Source: Camelus ferus (lineage: Eukaryota). From it: a stretch of DNA of 64,000 nucleotides. The first letter of the stretch is position 1; every line of letters starts with the position of its first letter. This document shows positions 1 to 13,449 of this stretch, piece by piece. The translations under genes and the position numbers were made by a program. The DNA lies in contig NC_045696.1 in the NCBI RefSeq assembly GCF_009834535.1, positions 101,000,001-101,064,000 on the forward strand, given 5' to 3'. The notes under the pieces are model-generated. The model did not search any database and was not told the DNA's origin. It saw only the letters and a list, made by a program, of their open reading frames with translations.

Positions 1-849
1 AAGTCACTGATGTCTGAAAACGTATGCGAAGATTGAGGAAAGTTCTATAAACAATGTCATCTGAGTAGCACATGAAGTAACAATGTGATTGAAACCACAA
101 CTGGAGCGCCTGAAGGAAACTCAATCCGACAAGCCAGGGAATGCTATCTGGGAACAGTGAAACACAGAGAAAAGAAGCCAGGCTTAGTCAGGTCCTCATG
201 GTAGAAAGTCATCATCAAAGAGAAAGGCAACTGTCTTCAAGCTAAAGACAGTGGAATTGTCCAAAAGAAGGCACGGTCCCATTCCTAAAGGGACTGGTTT
301 CCGGAGGCAAATGCCCAGGCAGACCCTGACAAGGACTGTGAAACAAACTGGTTATGTACTTAAGACCAGGCAGAAGAAGCCTACAATTTAGAACTGCGGT
401 GGCAAGGTAGAGCTAGACTAACAGTACCAAGGACAAATATATGAGCTGTTTAAAGCATCTCTGTTTAAATTCAGATAAGGATTTATATCTGTTGTAGTAA
501 CTGTGTGACAACTGAACCATAATTCCACCCTCTTGCAACCTGGATAGAAATTGCTGTATGTTCATGACATCCCTACTCATTGAAGAGGCATGTAGCCTCA
601 AAATTATTTTTATTTTTAAAACAGGACTTCAGGTCAACAGTACATTCAGAAGAATTAGCAGGCAAGGTGAAACGGAGGGACTGGGTAGATTGGGATCAAA
701 GGACACTGCAAAAGAAATGAAAAGATAAGAGTGTGAACAGATAGTGAATCCATGAAGCACATTTTCATTCTGTAAGGGAGTTTTTGCCCAGACTTCATGA
801 AAAGGTTTTTTCCCTCTCTAAGATGATACGGTTAGAACTGAGAGTCAGA

Positions 850-1075
850 GTAAATATGATGGTTAAGAACCTGGACCCTGGAACCGGTCTGAATCCTGGC
901 TCCACCAGTTAGAACCTGCATTAACTTAGCAAACTGTATAGCCTCTCTCTACCATTCATTATCTGTAAAGTAACACAAGGATGCTGTGAGAAGCAATGAG
1001 TTAAAACATTTGAATCAGTGATGGCAGTTCCTGGCAGAAAGCAAAAGCTCTAGAAATATCAGCTATTATTATTAT
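850..1075 (+). mobile_element. MIR SINE
   Basis: ggttaagaac...gaatcctggctccacca...atctgtaaa...aatgagttaa...agctattattatt matches the MIR head, core and tail. Confidence 0.8.
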
Positions 1076-1114
1076 AAATGTTTAAATATAATTTTTAAAA
1101 GTCTTATGTAAGGC

Positions 1115-1280
1115 AAGGTAGTAAAGTATCAGCATAAGTCTGGAGTGAGATTGTGCTAGATTTGAATTCTGGCTCTGCCATGTATTAGTGGGGTGATTTT
1201 TGCCAATTTAAGCATGCATCCTCACTTATAGAGGGGAAATAATCCTACTTACTTCTTAATTTTTTGTGAGGTTTAAGCAC
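1115..1280 (+). mobile_element. MIR SINE fragment
   Basis: tttgaattctggctctgcca...gtga...ttgtgaggtttaa. Confidence 0.7.
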
Positions 1281-2977
1281 AACACATACACACAGACACA
1301 AGACAGAATTTGAAATTGAGCAGAATCTTGATAAATGAAAGATATTAGGATCATTATGAACTTCAGTCAGCTCACTGTTTCAATTGTTACAGAATGAATG
1401 AATGATTATCTCTGTAAAGTAAGACAAAAACCAAGTTTCATGCGAAATAAACTTTACTGGAAGTTGAAATTCTTACCAGATTTGCAAGGATATAAAATTT
1501 TGGACTCAAACCCAGTAATTTCCAAATACTTTGCTCTCCTTTCAAGAAAGAAGAAAGGCAAATCTGATGATGGCAGCTCAGAATATATTTGTATATATTT
1601 GATGACAATCAAAGATAATTACATTTCAAAATGTCCAAACAGAAGATTTAAAGAAATAACTGTAGGAGATTTCTTATTATAATGTAGGAATATCTCCTCA
1701 AACTTATCTAAAACCTTTGGATTTAAATTTTTTTCCATTGTAATATTCAAAAGCTAAAAATAAGTAAATAACGCACAAAGGAGGGCTTTTAATTGCATTG
1801 CTTTGACTTTAATAACTTGAAGTACAGCATTTAATAACCCCAAGCACTAGAGGAGTCTATTAAAATGTCAATGAAATGCCTATTAAAAGAGAGATAAACA
1901 AAGCACAGATACCATACCGTGTGTAGCCTGATCCTGGTAAGTGGCAATAAAATTTAACTGGGTACATTTATATTGAATTTTATCTAAAAATCTCAGTGAC
2001 TTTTAGAAATGTTAATTATTCCCAGGTCATTATATTGAGGATGTTTTGAAAGAATCAGAGTATCTTTTCTTCTAAAACAGAAGTACAGCAGGAAAAAAAA
2101 AATAAATCTGTTTATACATCAAACATGTTGGCTGGAAAAAAAAAATAAAGGTTAGACAAACAAATCCAAAAATTATCAAAGGGAAAATAGAATTTTGCCT
2201 GAAGATTTGTAGGACCGATCCTGAAATGTACACCAACCTGCTTAGAAGTTTGATATGTGATTTTACTTATAACAACTATTGAAATCGTTGAAAAACAGGT
2301 TGTGACTCACATGAGATGTGAAGCCGAGGACTCTATAGCTCCTTTGAGTACCTCTGGAACCTGTGTGACTTTCATATGTTTCAAAAAAAAAAAAAAAAAA
2401 TGTAGGCATTTGCTCCAAAAGTTTTGTTATACAGAATTTGTCCTGCCGCTTCCCTTTTCTATAACTCTTTCTCCCGTATCTCCAAATTTGTTCTTTAGGA
2501 ATTCTTACCTCCCAGGATACCCTTTCCTACACAAGGTTCCCAGGCTCCCCTCTGAATGCAAGGCTAGGTGGTGATATGAAAAAGACACAGTGTAAGTAAT
2601 GCAACTGTGACCTGGTTTTCTGAAAAGGTAGGCTTTTATCATACACTTTTATTATTATGGGTAACCTTGGGCAAATCTCTTAACTTCAGTTATCTTTGTG
2701 AGATAGAGAGCTTGGGTTAAATTTTTTCCTGAATCTAGCCCAATTACTGATATTTCAGTAAGCTGATATTAATGCTTGAAAATATGCAAATGCCTACCAA
2801 ACTGACTTAAAGAACATTCAGGAAAAGTTGTGTGATTTTTTCAGATGGTATGAAATACTGGTGTGACAAATTTTGACCTGTAAAGAGATAGTTTCTTTAT
2901 TTAGGGGAGGAGAAAACTTTCCCCTTGTATAATATTTACCCTATAATTAAGTAGATATCCATCTCCAATTTTACATT

Positions 2978-3300
2978 ACCCAAGATAGGCTAAGTTTTGC
3001 TGTAAGATTTGGGCTCTGTAGCTTCAACAAAAAAGGTTTACTTCTTTTTCATCCTACGTGCCTAATGCGGATTGACAGTGGAAGCCTCAGCTCAATGTAA
3101 TGCACAAAACCAGGCTGTTTGGATGCTTCATTCTGACACATGCTTCACAATTGCTGTATTATGAGAAGAGAGGGCCAGAAAACTGCCCATCAAAAATGAA
3201 ATACCTTGTCCAAAAGTGATACATATTTCCTCTACTCACACATCACTGGCCAGAAATAGTCACATGGCTGTGTACAACCTAGTGGACAGGAAAGTGCTTT
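2978..3300 (-). mobile_element. Old MaLR LTR (MLT1K/L-like)
   Basis: gataggctaagttttgctgtaa...aagtgatacatatttcctctactcacacatcactggccagaaatagtcacatggc is a typical antisense MLT1 pattern. Confidence 0.7.
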
Positions 3301-5489
3301 CTTAAACACTCAGTATTGGCTAAAGTTAGCAAGTTGATTATCTATGTAAAATGTATTCAATTGCACATCAATCTATTCCTCTTTCTTTGCATGGTACATT
3401 GCATTTAGGTATCTTTTTCTTTGAATATCTATGGCAACTTTGATAGTATTCTCTAAACCTGGACTCAACAAACACTTGAGAGATTGAACCATCAAAATGA
3501 ATTACAGAGATCATTGAACCAGGAAGAATTTGAATATGAAGCTGGTATTTCATTTTGGAAATATCAGAACTTGCTGATGGAGTAAGGACCCAGAAGTACT
3601 ATAGCTCACAATCTGTGCCCTAGAATTTCACGCCTGTTGAACCAGAACTCAACAATAAAGAGCGCTCTAATTGCTCACACTAGAGATGTCTTCTAATTCT
3701 TTAAGATCAATCATTCATGAGCTGAGATTTATTTAAATACACCCTTGGCATGAAAGAGTCCATGGTACTTCCTAAACATGAGATGCTACATCTCAAAAAC
3801 AAAGGTTGAAATGAGACACAGTTTCTCTCTGCAAAATTAACTTACGAATATAATAAAAAGTTACACTTTGGCTTTGTAATTATGTTTCAAAGTCATCAAA
3901 TTAAATCTAAAGAGGCTATTAAAAATTGTGCTTCCTTTCTCATTTAAATGTTATTTTAAAGCAGATTATAACGAATAGACATTCATTTTATACAGTATGG
4001 CTGAGTCATAGCCACAGAGCAAACCCATGGCCTTGCTGTTACAGTTTTAAATGCCAGCACATTCAGCTATCATTTATTTTGCCACAATAGCAACCCACGC
4101 TAAACATATTATCCTGAGAGAAGAACTGCCTCATAGTACTTCAGGGAATCTATAATGCTTCACAATACAGATTGAAACATTCCAGAAATATAAAGAAAAT
4201 GTTTAAAAGAGTTGTCTTCTGCTTTCAAAGAAAGCAGTATTTATTTTAGCTAGGTGAAAAATTCCTAGTTTATAGAGAGGTTTTGTTATAAAATTTTATT
4301 TATAGGTCTGCTAGTTGAGATTTTAAATAAGTTTTCTCAAAGGTACACTACAATGCTATCTCCAGTAGTTGCTTCCCATAAAATTCCATTTAACCCATAT
4401 TGTATCTGAGCTAAGTTACTGATCCAGTGCCTCTGAATCCTGGATCTAACATAAAACTCACCAAAAGATGCATGAGGGAGAAAAGAGAGAAATGGAGTCT
4501 CTTTACTGTTGAAAAAAGAAATGTTTGTTTTTAGCTTCTTCCTGTATAATTTCTCCTGCCCCTATCCCCACACACTCCCACCTTGTCACACCTTTGTATC
4601 ACCTTCACATTTTAGAAAAGATCATGATGTTTCAGTATTAGTACATTAAAGAGAAATATGAAGGTTAATTCAAATTACTTTCTCCATTTCCTCTGATCTT
4701 AGATTTCATGGCGATAAAACATATTAAAAATAATTTTCATTAACATATTTATAACCAATAAATGTAACATATCTCAACAAGAGTCTTTGTAGACAGGTCT
4801 AAAAAGAGAAATAGAGAATTCCAGGATCTGTTAGAGATTAATTTGTGTTAGCCTTAACATTCATGGGGCATTTTCGGGTATCTGTACTTTCCCTCAGTTC
4901 TACTAATTCATTAGAGTTTTTAATAGCTTTATTGCTTATCTTTATGTTAATCTACAGATTCTCTAAAAGCTACATTCATCTCATAATTACAAATTTATTT
5001 GGGGAGTTGACTTTATAGGCTGTATCTATCATAAGTTAATAATCTAGAATTAAAGCACTGTTTTGATGAATACACCAAAAATTGTAATTAGAGGTTTATG
5101 AACTCACATAAATTTCAACATTGAACTTATTTGTTTGATTTATTTTGTGTTCTGATTGACATAGATCATTTTAAAACAGTAAAATGTTTTTTTTAAAAAA
5201 AGATTTCACCTTGTAACCTCAAGAAAAGCTCTAATTAAAATTATTCATAAACTTGATGAAAAAATAATAGGAAATTTGAATTTAAAAGTTGAACCAATTC
5301 AAATATCTAAGTGTATCTACAAATTCATATCATATTTAAAATTTAAAAAAGAAGTACCTTAAATTTATGTGTACTGAATTTCTATGTAGTTTATATAGTG
5401 TGATATAATGGTGATGACACACATTGCACCTTTCTGCTGAACAATATGCCAGAACATGAGTACATGCCCAGCACAGGCACAGAAGAGAG

Positions 5490-5640
5490 AATAAAAGACA
5501 AAAATCTGAGAAAATACATTAGTGACACATATAAGTGATTAGAGATTAATATTCAGAATTACAAAGGACTATAAATAAAAGACAATAAGAAAAATGTAAA
5601 GAAATGCTATGAATCAATACAGAAGAACTCGAACACCATA
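5490..5640 (+). mobile_element. Old L1 ORF2 3' fragment
   Basis: gagaaaatacatt...acacatata...ttaatattcagaatt resembles the L1M ORF2 C-terminal region. Confidence 0.5.
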
Positions 5641-5849
5641 AAGAACCCTAGATAATTACCTTAGTTTTTACAATAGCTTGGGAACTTTATTAGAATTTAA
5701 TCCTTTTTAATGAAATCACTTTTCCTATTACTTTAGTGTATTTCCATTTGCCTTTTTTACCCAAAGCTGACTTCCTAGGTAGCTTCCTAATTTACCAGGA
5801 TTGAGTGTTCTTCACTGCCTAATGCACTAATAAAAACAGTAAAGGGTAT

Positions 5850-6195
5850 GAATGTAAGACTAAAGAAGCAGGAGTGGGCAGGGAAAGTTTTCATACCTTG
5901 AGGCAGATGTGACATTTATAAAAGAAAAGCAGGAGGGAAGGAGGGTTGGGTAGGAAGACTCTCAGACTGTAGCAGAATGCTAAGAAAGCACTGGCTAGAC
6001 CAAAGAGAAATCCTTTAGTCAAATCCCACATCCTCTAGACATGGACCTGCCCAGTCATCAGCTGGGAGCAATCCTGAAAAGCGTGGCCTTGGAGTGATCA
6101 TGATGGTGGAGCCAAGGGAGGTGGCAGTGGGAGCTGTCAGCAAACTGTCCTCCCTAGAGTATGAAATCTGAAAAGTACATTTTCAAAGCTGCCAA
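5850..6195 (-). mobile_element. ERVL LTR (LTR16-like)
   Basis: gaagcaggagtgggcaggga...tcagactgtagca...cagtcatcagctgggagca...ggagctgtcagc. Confidence 0.65.
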
Positions 6196-7159
6196 AACCT
6201 GTTTTATGAATTAATGATTATCAATAAGCTTTAATATGCCCCTACAGTAACCAACTGAGCTGTTTTATTCAATTGACTATTAACATAAAATTACTTTATG
6301 ATTTTTTTATCATGAAGGGAAAGATATATTCATTACATTACTGGGTGATTTTTTTAATGATAAAAGTAGAATAAATAAAGAAAATAAATTACAAAGAATA
6401 TAATAATACCCAATAAGATGTAAAGTTTCTGATAAAATAGAAAACTAAATATAATCTAGTTAAAATTCAAGGAAGTGATATTGCTATGGGTGGCACAAGA
6501 ACTTGCTGTAGGATAGGCAATGCTTTGTCAGAAGTCTAAAATATATTTGTGATTTTTCAGAACTATAGCACAATCAGGACCATAGGAAAATGTAAAATAA
6601 TATTTAAGGATTATGTAGAAATATTTCAACATGTTACAAGAAAGATCATAACCACTTAAAAAAATCAAAAATTATTAAAATATGAAGCAGTAAGTCAAGC
6701 CTGCTTTCTCCAAGTCAAACTCAAAAGATGCTGTTTAAGATTCTCATTCAGTAACCTTAATATGAAAATTATTCTTCAGTTCCTCAAGTTTTAGAGTGGG
6801 AAAGAGGACTAGCTGTTGCATTAGGCACCTCAACTTTGTGTGAAAGCATCTGAGCCTCTTCTCCAACCTATTTTTTTCCAAATAAATATGTTTCAGCACC
6901 AGGAGTCTTTTGAAAATCACCAAAATCTTTTGGAAACAGATCTGGCAATGACTGAATAAACAAAATAGAAAGTGACAGGAAAAAAAATGTTACCATAGAA
7001 ATACAGGCCAAGACACACCCTTACTTCATCCAATGTCTTGAATTGCCTGAAAACACAGTAAACATACCCTCAAGTACCAAAATAAGTTGCCCTTTTAATA
7101 ATATTTTTTCCATAAACATTGGCATCCCAGTGAGAATTTAGGTCATAATTTAACCAATT

Positions 7160-7610
7160 ATCACAGATTTGGTTCCTGGGAAGCAAATTCTGAAATGAAG
7201 ATTAACACACAGGAAGTTTACTAGGACACGCCTTTTTTATCAACATATGTGAAAGGGTGGGGTGGTAAGAATGAGTAGGCAAGGAAGAAGTCAGGCTTCA
7301 GTGCATTCTCAACAAAGGCCTTAGGCACATTCTCAGGGGAAACTGAGTCTACAGGGCACTTCAGAGTTATCCTGAGTTAGGCAAAGGGGTCTGCCTCATT
7401 AGTCACACAATGCGTTAATCACTCATTGGATCTGAGCTGCCTCGGGAAGGGCTCACACCCTCGTGCTAAGCTACTCACTTTGGTCAAGACCAACCTCTAA
7501 GAAGGCTGACCGCTGCAGGCTGTCTGCAGCAGCACTTCCCAGCAGCTGAAAGAGTAAGTCCTTCCATCCTGAAAAAGTACCAGGATCAGATGTCACAGCC
7601 TCCAGTACAC
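7160..7610 (-). mobile_element. ERVL LTR (LTR16-like)
   Basis: ggttcctgggaagcaaattctgaaatgaagatt...aggctgtctgcagcagcacttcccagcagctg...gcctccagtaca. Confidence 0.75.
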
Positions 7611-7649
7611 CTGCAAAGGAAGTGTTTAAACTGGAGGCTAAGAAGACTT

Positions 7650-9162
7650 GCACGCCCACATAAGTATAGTCAACTGATCTTTGACAAAGGAGCAAAGGCA
7701 ACACGATGGAGAAAAGATAGTCTCTTTAATAAATGGTACTGGAACAGCTAGACATTCACATGTAAAAGAAAAAAAAAATGAATATAGCCACAGACCTTAC
7801 ACCCTTTACAAAAATTAATTCAAAATTGATCGTAGACCGAAATGTAAAGTGCAAAATCATAAAAATCCTAGAAAATAACATAGGTGAAAATCTAGGCCTC
7901 CTGAGGTATGATGATGGCTTTTTAGCTACAACACCAAAGCTGTGATTCAGGAAATAAATAATGGATAAGCTGGACTCCATTCAAATTTCAGACTTCTGGT
8001 TTGAGAAGGAAACTGTCAAGAGAATGACAAGGCAAGCTAGAGACTGGGAGAAAATGTTTACAAAAGACATATCTGATAAATGACTCATTCAACATATACA
8101 AAGAATTCTTAGAACTCAACAATAGAAATAAACAACCCAATTAAAAAAAAAAAAAAAGAGCAAAAGACCTAAAGGGACACCTCACTAAAGAAGATATACA
8201 GGTGGCAGATAAGCATATGAAAGGATGCTTAACATCATACTTCATCAGGGAAATGTAAGTTAAAACCATTGTAAGGTATCACCATACACCTATCAGAACT
8301 GCCAAAAAACAAATGCTGGCTAGGATGTGGAGCAACAGGAACTCTCTCATTTCTAGTGGAAATGCAAAATCATACAGCCACTCTGGGAGACAGTTTGGCA
8401 GTTTTCTTACAAATCTAGACATACTCTTGCCATACGATACAGCAATTGCACTTCGTGGTATTTACACAAATGAGTTAAAAACATATGTCTGCACAAATAC
8501 CTGCATACAGATGTTTAGAGTAGCTTTATATATAATTGCCCAAACTTGGAAGCAACTAAGATATCCTTCAGTAGGTGAATGGATAAATAAATTATGGTAT
8601 ATCCAGACAACAGACTATTATTCAGTCCCTTTTTTTTTTTTTTGGTAGGGGAGGGGAGGTAATATTATTTGGTTCTAAAAGAAATGAGTTATGAAGCAAT
8701 GAAAAAACATGGAAGAAAAAATGTGTATTATTGACTGAAAGAAATCAGTCTGATAAGGCTAGATGCTATATGATTCCAGCTATATGACATTCTGTAAAAG
8801 TAAAACTATGGAGACAGTAAAAGGATCAGTAGTTACCAGGGGTTAAGAGGGAAGGGAGAAATGAAAGGATTTTTAGGGCAGTAAAACTATTCATTACAGT
8901 AGGACTCTATATGCATATATCAAACCCCACAGAATGTACAACACCAAGAGTAAATCCTAATATAATCTATGGACTTTGGGTGATAATCATGTGTCAATGT
9001 GGTTTGATTGATTCTAAAAAACCCTTTGGTGTCGCATGTTGATAGTGGGGAAGGCTGTGTGTATGTAGCAGCCAAGGTAAATAGGAAGTCTCTCTATCTT
9101 TTGCTTAATTTTGTTGTGAACATAAAATTACTATAAAAATTTCCTATTAAGAAAAAAGAAAT
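7650..9162 (+). mobile_element. L1MC1/2-like LINE-1: 3' ORF2, 3'UTR and A-tail
   Basis: caactgatctttgacaaaggagcaaaggca; ORF 8313-8648 carries degenerate ORF2 C-terminal sequence (IAQTWKQLRYPSVGEWINKLWYI); ends tgcttaattttgttgtgaacataaaa plus an A-rich tail. Confidence 0.92.
8630..8662 (-). mobile_element. Severely 5'-truncated Vic-1-type SINE (tail only) inserted in L1MC
   Basis: T14-ggtaggggaggggaggtaa is antisense to the ...attacctcccc...(A)n tail of the full SINE at 28151-28277; flanked by tattattcagtcc / tattatttggttc. Confidence 0.55.
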
Positions 9163-9945
9163 ACATACTAGCGGATAGAGTGTTCTATGAAATGGAGTCA
9201 GAAGTAGGGTAGGGGTGGTCATTCAGAAAGTTTAGTTGATTGTCTAGTCATAGCCACACCAGAGGATATTTGTTTTGGTGAAATGATCTTTTTCTAGAAT
9301 CTATTTATCAAACTTATACTCTGAAACACTATCTCATCTCTGTCCAGAATTAATAGAATGCTATGTATCATTTACAAGCCTGATACACGGATATCTGTAA
9401 ATGGATATTTCATGAAGACCAAAATGTTGCATTGATCACAAGGGAGCATTGTCTACCTCTAGGCACACTTTCCAAGAAGTCAGTTATCCAAACAATTCTT
9501 TATGAACATGGAATTCAAACAAAAAATAATTGTATAATTTCTATGCTCTTCTTTACCATGTGAAACTATGGCAGAACATACTTGTGTTTGCTGGACAAGA
9601 CATCTTCATATTGTCTGAAAAGGTGGTTGTAAGCCTTTCTTTGGTGATGTCATGTCCTCTATTATTCTAAAAGCTGACCTGTCACTCTTGTGAAGGATAC
9701 TATGTTGAGGGTCACATGTTAACATCCCCAATCAATTTCCTGTAAAGTGTTTTATAGGACTGGACCATTCTGTCTACTCCAATTTTGAGCAGTTATACAT
9801 TGGGATTTTACATTTTACTTCTCTAGGAAAGAACAGTTCACTCCTGAGAGAGCTTTGCTACTATCTGCATGTATCACATATGTGTATTAACTTACCAGAT
9901 GCTTATGCTGATAATATATATGTATGTACCTATGTATGTATGTGG

Positions 9946-9947
<2 letters not shown>

Positions 9948-9981
<34 letters not shown>
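9948..9981. repeat. (AC)17 microsatellite
   Basis: Perfect dinucleotide run read directly. Confidence 0.98.
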
Positions 9982-9984
<3 letters not shown>

Positions 9985-10097
9985 TACTTTACGGCTATTA
10001 GTAACTTATAATTATTGATGGGTATGTCATATGGTATAATTATAAATATAGATGAAATAAGGTAGTTTTATTTGGTCATTTGCTTTGATCTACCAGG

Positions 10098-10190
10098 TAC
10101 ATTCACTAAGTCAGTGTATTTTTATTGAGTGCTTACACAGTGCTCAAAACTTTGTTCGGCCCTAGGAAAATATTAGTGAAACAATTTTGA
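10098..10190 (-). mobile_element. L2 3'-end fragment
   Basis: cattcact...tttattgagtgcttacacagtgc...ctaggaaaatattagtgaaaca. Confidence 0.65.
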
Positions 10191-10874
10191 TGAGATTTCT
10201 CATAAAGAGCGCTTCCTGGTGCTGCTTGTTATTTATTCTGTCACAGAAGCAAATCAAGTTTGTTCAGTAGTCTTTTTTTATTAAAATAATCTAGTTTCAC
10301 CCAGGATTTATTAACTATTTTTAATTGATTTTTTAACTATTTAAGTAATCTGCTCTGGAGCACCAAGAGCAAGTTTCACCTCTTTCAACCTCATATATTT
10401 CAAAGATGAAAAATTGTAAATGTTAGCTTAATTGCTGCCTTAATTTGTATTATAACTTAAATTTGGTTCTTATGGGTGAAGCAAATTATTTAGTATTTGT
10501 GTCAAGAAATCTAGCTTATTCCCTTCTTTGTTTATTTGTCAGAACAAAAATGATTGTGGTAGTACTCATAATTGGTCTGATTGATGATTTTCCTGTCACT
10601 CTGTATCTTAACAATTTGGCTGCAACACAACTTATTTGGTACTTTGTAAAATACAAGATTTTATGGTAAATGTTACAATTCAAAATATGCTATTGGGATC
10701 CCTGATCTGTGAACATGGCTTAGCCTCATATGAGTTATGTGTCTTAACTGAATCATGACCATATTACACGGCTCAAATTGTGACCTGAAATATTAGCAAG
10801 AGAGTAATATTTGCAAAATGTACATGAACTTAAGTCAGCATTTACCATGCAAAAGCCTCAGTTGGGAAGTCACT

Positions 10875-11030
10875 AAGCAGTTTTGTGCAATACAAAATAA
10901 TCTGTCAAGTAAATTTAGAAAACCTTGTGTTCAACCAAAGCGAACAGATTTCTTTGCTGAACAATTTCTCTGAAATTTTATTATGCTAATTTGCAATTTA
11001 AATTTTTAGACAAGCTTTTAATCCACAGCT
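10875..11030. mobile_element. hAT-Charlie-type non-autonomous DNA transposon fragment (MER112/113-like)
   Basis: caagtaaatttagaaaacc...caaagcgaacagatttctttgctg...ttctctgaaattttattatgctaatttgca. Confidence 0.5.
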
Positions 11031-11040
11031 TTTCTCTTTT

Positions 11041-11072
11041 ATGATAATGATGATGATGATGATGGCGATGAT
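11041..11072. repeat. Imperfect (ATG)n microsatellite
   Basis: atgataatgatgatgatgatgatggcgatgat. Confidence 0.9.
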
Positions 11073-12309
11073 TCCTTTTACCCAAAATGTGTAAGGAAGC
11101 TACGGATGCATTTTAGAAGCAAAAGTCTTTAAATAAAACCGATTAACAATGTAATATGTTTAATTTGTTCTTGGTTATATTTATAACACTTTCAGAATTA
11201 AAAATCTGACTACATAATTATATTTAAATAATGGAAGATATAGATATGAAGTTTGTGTCTAACTTATTGTTCTCATTGCTTTGGAAGCAATCAAGGTAAA
11301 ACTGGGCACAGCACCAAAGAGAGAAACCAGGGTGTTTTATGTATAATCCAGGATCATGAAAAATATCCAGGTTGCCTAAGGTTTGGGAAAAGAAACAATC
11401 AAACTGAAACACAAGTATGAATAAATCAGAAAGAGAGCAGAAGTATATAATTAAGTAAAGTTAGGAAGGAATTTGTTATAGAATCATTACATGTGACAAA
11501 AACAACAGGAAAAGGGCAAAAATATAATTAAAAAGTCTTGGATGTAACAAAATTTATAGATAAATAAATAGAAATTCCTGGGGTATGGAAAGACAGGGAC
11601 CTGAATTTTGTCAAATGTTGAGGTGTGAGTTGTACAGGTAAAGTTTATAATCTAATGTAAATTATTCAATTGAACAACTGCTCTTTTGAACCACTCCTCC
11701 AGGTTTTATAGTGATAACAGTTGCAGGATGGATGAAAGGCTCAAGTAAAACTTGCATATCTTTACCATCTCAACATATACATAAAAGAAATATTTTAAAT
11801 TATAATAAATTTCATAACATGCAGTAGGCAATCACTTCCTGAAAAATGCTACCCTTGTTATGGAATTACTGAAATATTTATTGAGTTGGAAGTTATAGTT
11901 ATTTGCATATATAAGCACCTTTAATTGCATTTGCATATATGTCATTATAATTATTCAACTTGCATATAAATTGAGTGATTGAATTATATTACTTGAATAC
12001 TTTAGAGGAATTGCAGAATTATGGCAGCATTTTGCAGAAAAGCACATTTCAACCTGCAAATACATGAGTAAACGTTCTTTAATTTTTTTTTTTTACTTTA
12101 CTAGGAAACATGTTAAATACGCCAATTTGGTATAGTTAAGGGATATTTTGAGTTTAAAAGAAGAGTAATAAAATACCCTTGATGCAGTGCACAGGTTGGC
12201 AAATAAAATATTACTAGTATCTTTGACGCCCTCAAAGTAGCTCAGCCAAATGTATCCCTATTTCTCCAAAAAATGCCAACTGTATTCAAATAACTTGAAT
12301 TTTGTATCC

Positions 12310-13245
12310 ATTCTAATCATGAAATAATTAGACTTATAGAATATACACATAGAGAAAGATGAATAAAACAAAAATGTAAATCTTAATCATTTTATCACAA
12401 AGCAAAACCTGTGTAACCTCCAACCAGGACAATAAATGAAATATTACGAGCACCATCAAGCCCCTTTTGTTCCCCTTCTCAATCATCGCACCTCACCCTC
12501 CTGCCCTAAGTTAACAATATTGCATCTCAGAGACATGGTGTTAAGACTTTGGTTTAGTTTTGGTAACGTTTGAACTTCAAATAAATGGAATCAAAATAAT
12601 TTTCTTATTGCTCTTTGGACTCATGTTATTGTGCATAGTGGTATTTCATTTGTGGTGGATTCTATACTTGTCACTATAGAGTTACATCACAGTTTATTCA
12701 TTTCAAGTGTACATTTGGAATGTTACAAGTTTTGGGTTGCTACTAAGTAACTCTATGTCTATTCTTATACAAATTAGTAGTGCACATATGTAATAAGCTC
12801 TTAATATCTAGGTGTGAAGTTGCAAGGTCATTTGCATATGGAACAGTACTTGTAGTTAGTAGATCTGCTTTCTAAAGTGATTGTACAAATTATCTCTCAG
12901 CAGGAAGAAGAGCCATCAAGAGCATGTAAGATTCCCTATCCACCTCCTTACCAATATTTGGGTTTTTTAATTATTTTTAAATTTAATAAATCTAGTGGTC
13001 ATACAATAATACATCATGTTTGAAACTATATTTTTCATTTATAATGTTTAATTAAAAATTTTCGTATTTTTTTTTAAAGTGAACATTTTAAGTGACCGAT
13101 ACATACAAATAAGCATACACAACTCAATGAATTTTTAGAAACTAATACACCACATTATGGAACAGACTGTTACCAACATCTTAGAAGCAGTCCAGTCATT
13201 TCTGCTGGTAACCATCACATTGATGCCTAACTTTATAGGTTAACT
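12310..13245 (-). mobile_element. L1ME-like 3' fragments
   Basis: aatatacacatagagaaag...acctgtgtaacc...aaatggaatca...cagtttattcattt...ttctaaagtgattgtacaaatt. Confidence 0.75.
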
Positions 13246-13249
13246 TGGT

Positions 13250-13448
13250 CTGAAGACACCAATCTTTCACTTCTCCCTGTATCCACATTCTGATCTGGTA
13301 ATTTTTCAGTACCCTTCCACTCTAACTTTGGTATGGCTATGAGATGATAGCAAAAATGATTTAAGCAGAGACTTGAAAAGTACTTGCCTGATTGGGTTTA
13401 CTTTGTTTTTGCTCTCAGCCATTGACGTGCAAACCTTGCACAGGGTAG
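13250..13448 (+). mobile_element. MLT1 (F/G/H-like) LTR 5' part
   Basis: ctccctgtatccac...gcagagacttgaaaagtacttgc. Confidence 0.65.
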
Positions 13449-13449
13449 C

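Noticed and set aside
1..600. Purine-rich, coding-looking sequence at the window start
   Set aside because: The plus-strand frames I read hit stops within short distances and give no recognisable peptide. It is possibly an old repeat, but I could not assign it.
8313..8648. 111-aa ORF
   Set aside because: Frameshifted L1 ORF2 C-terminal remnant, not a host gene.
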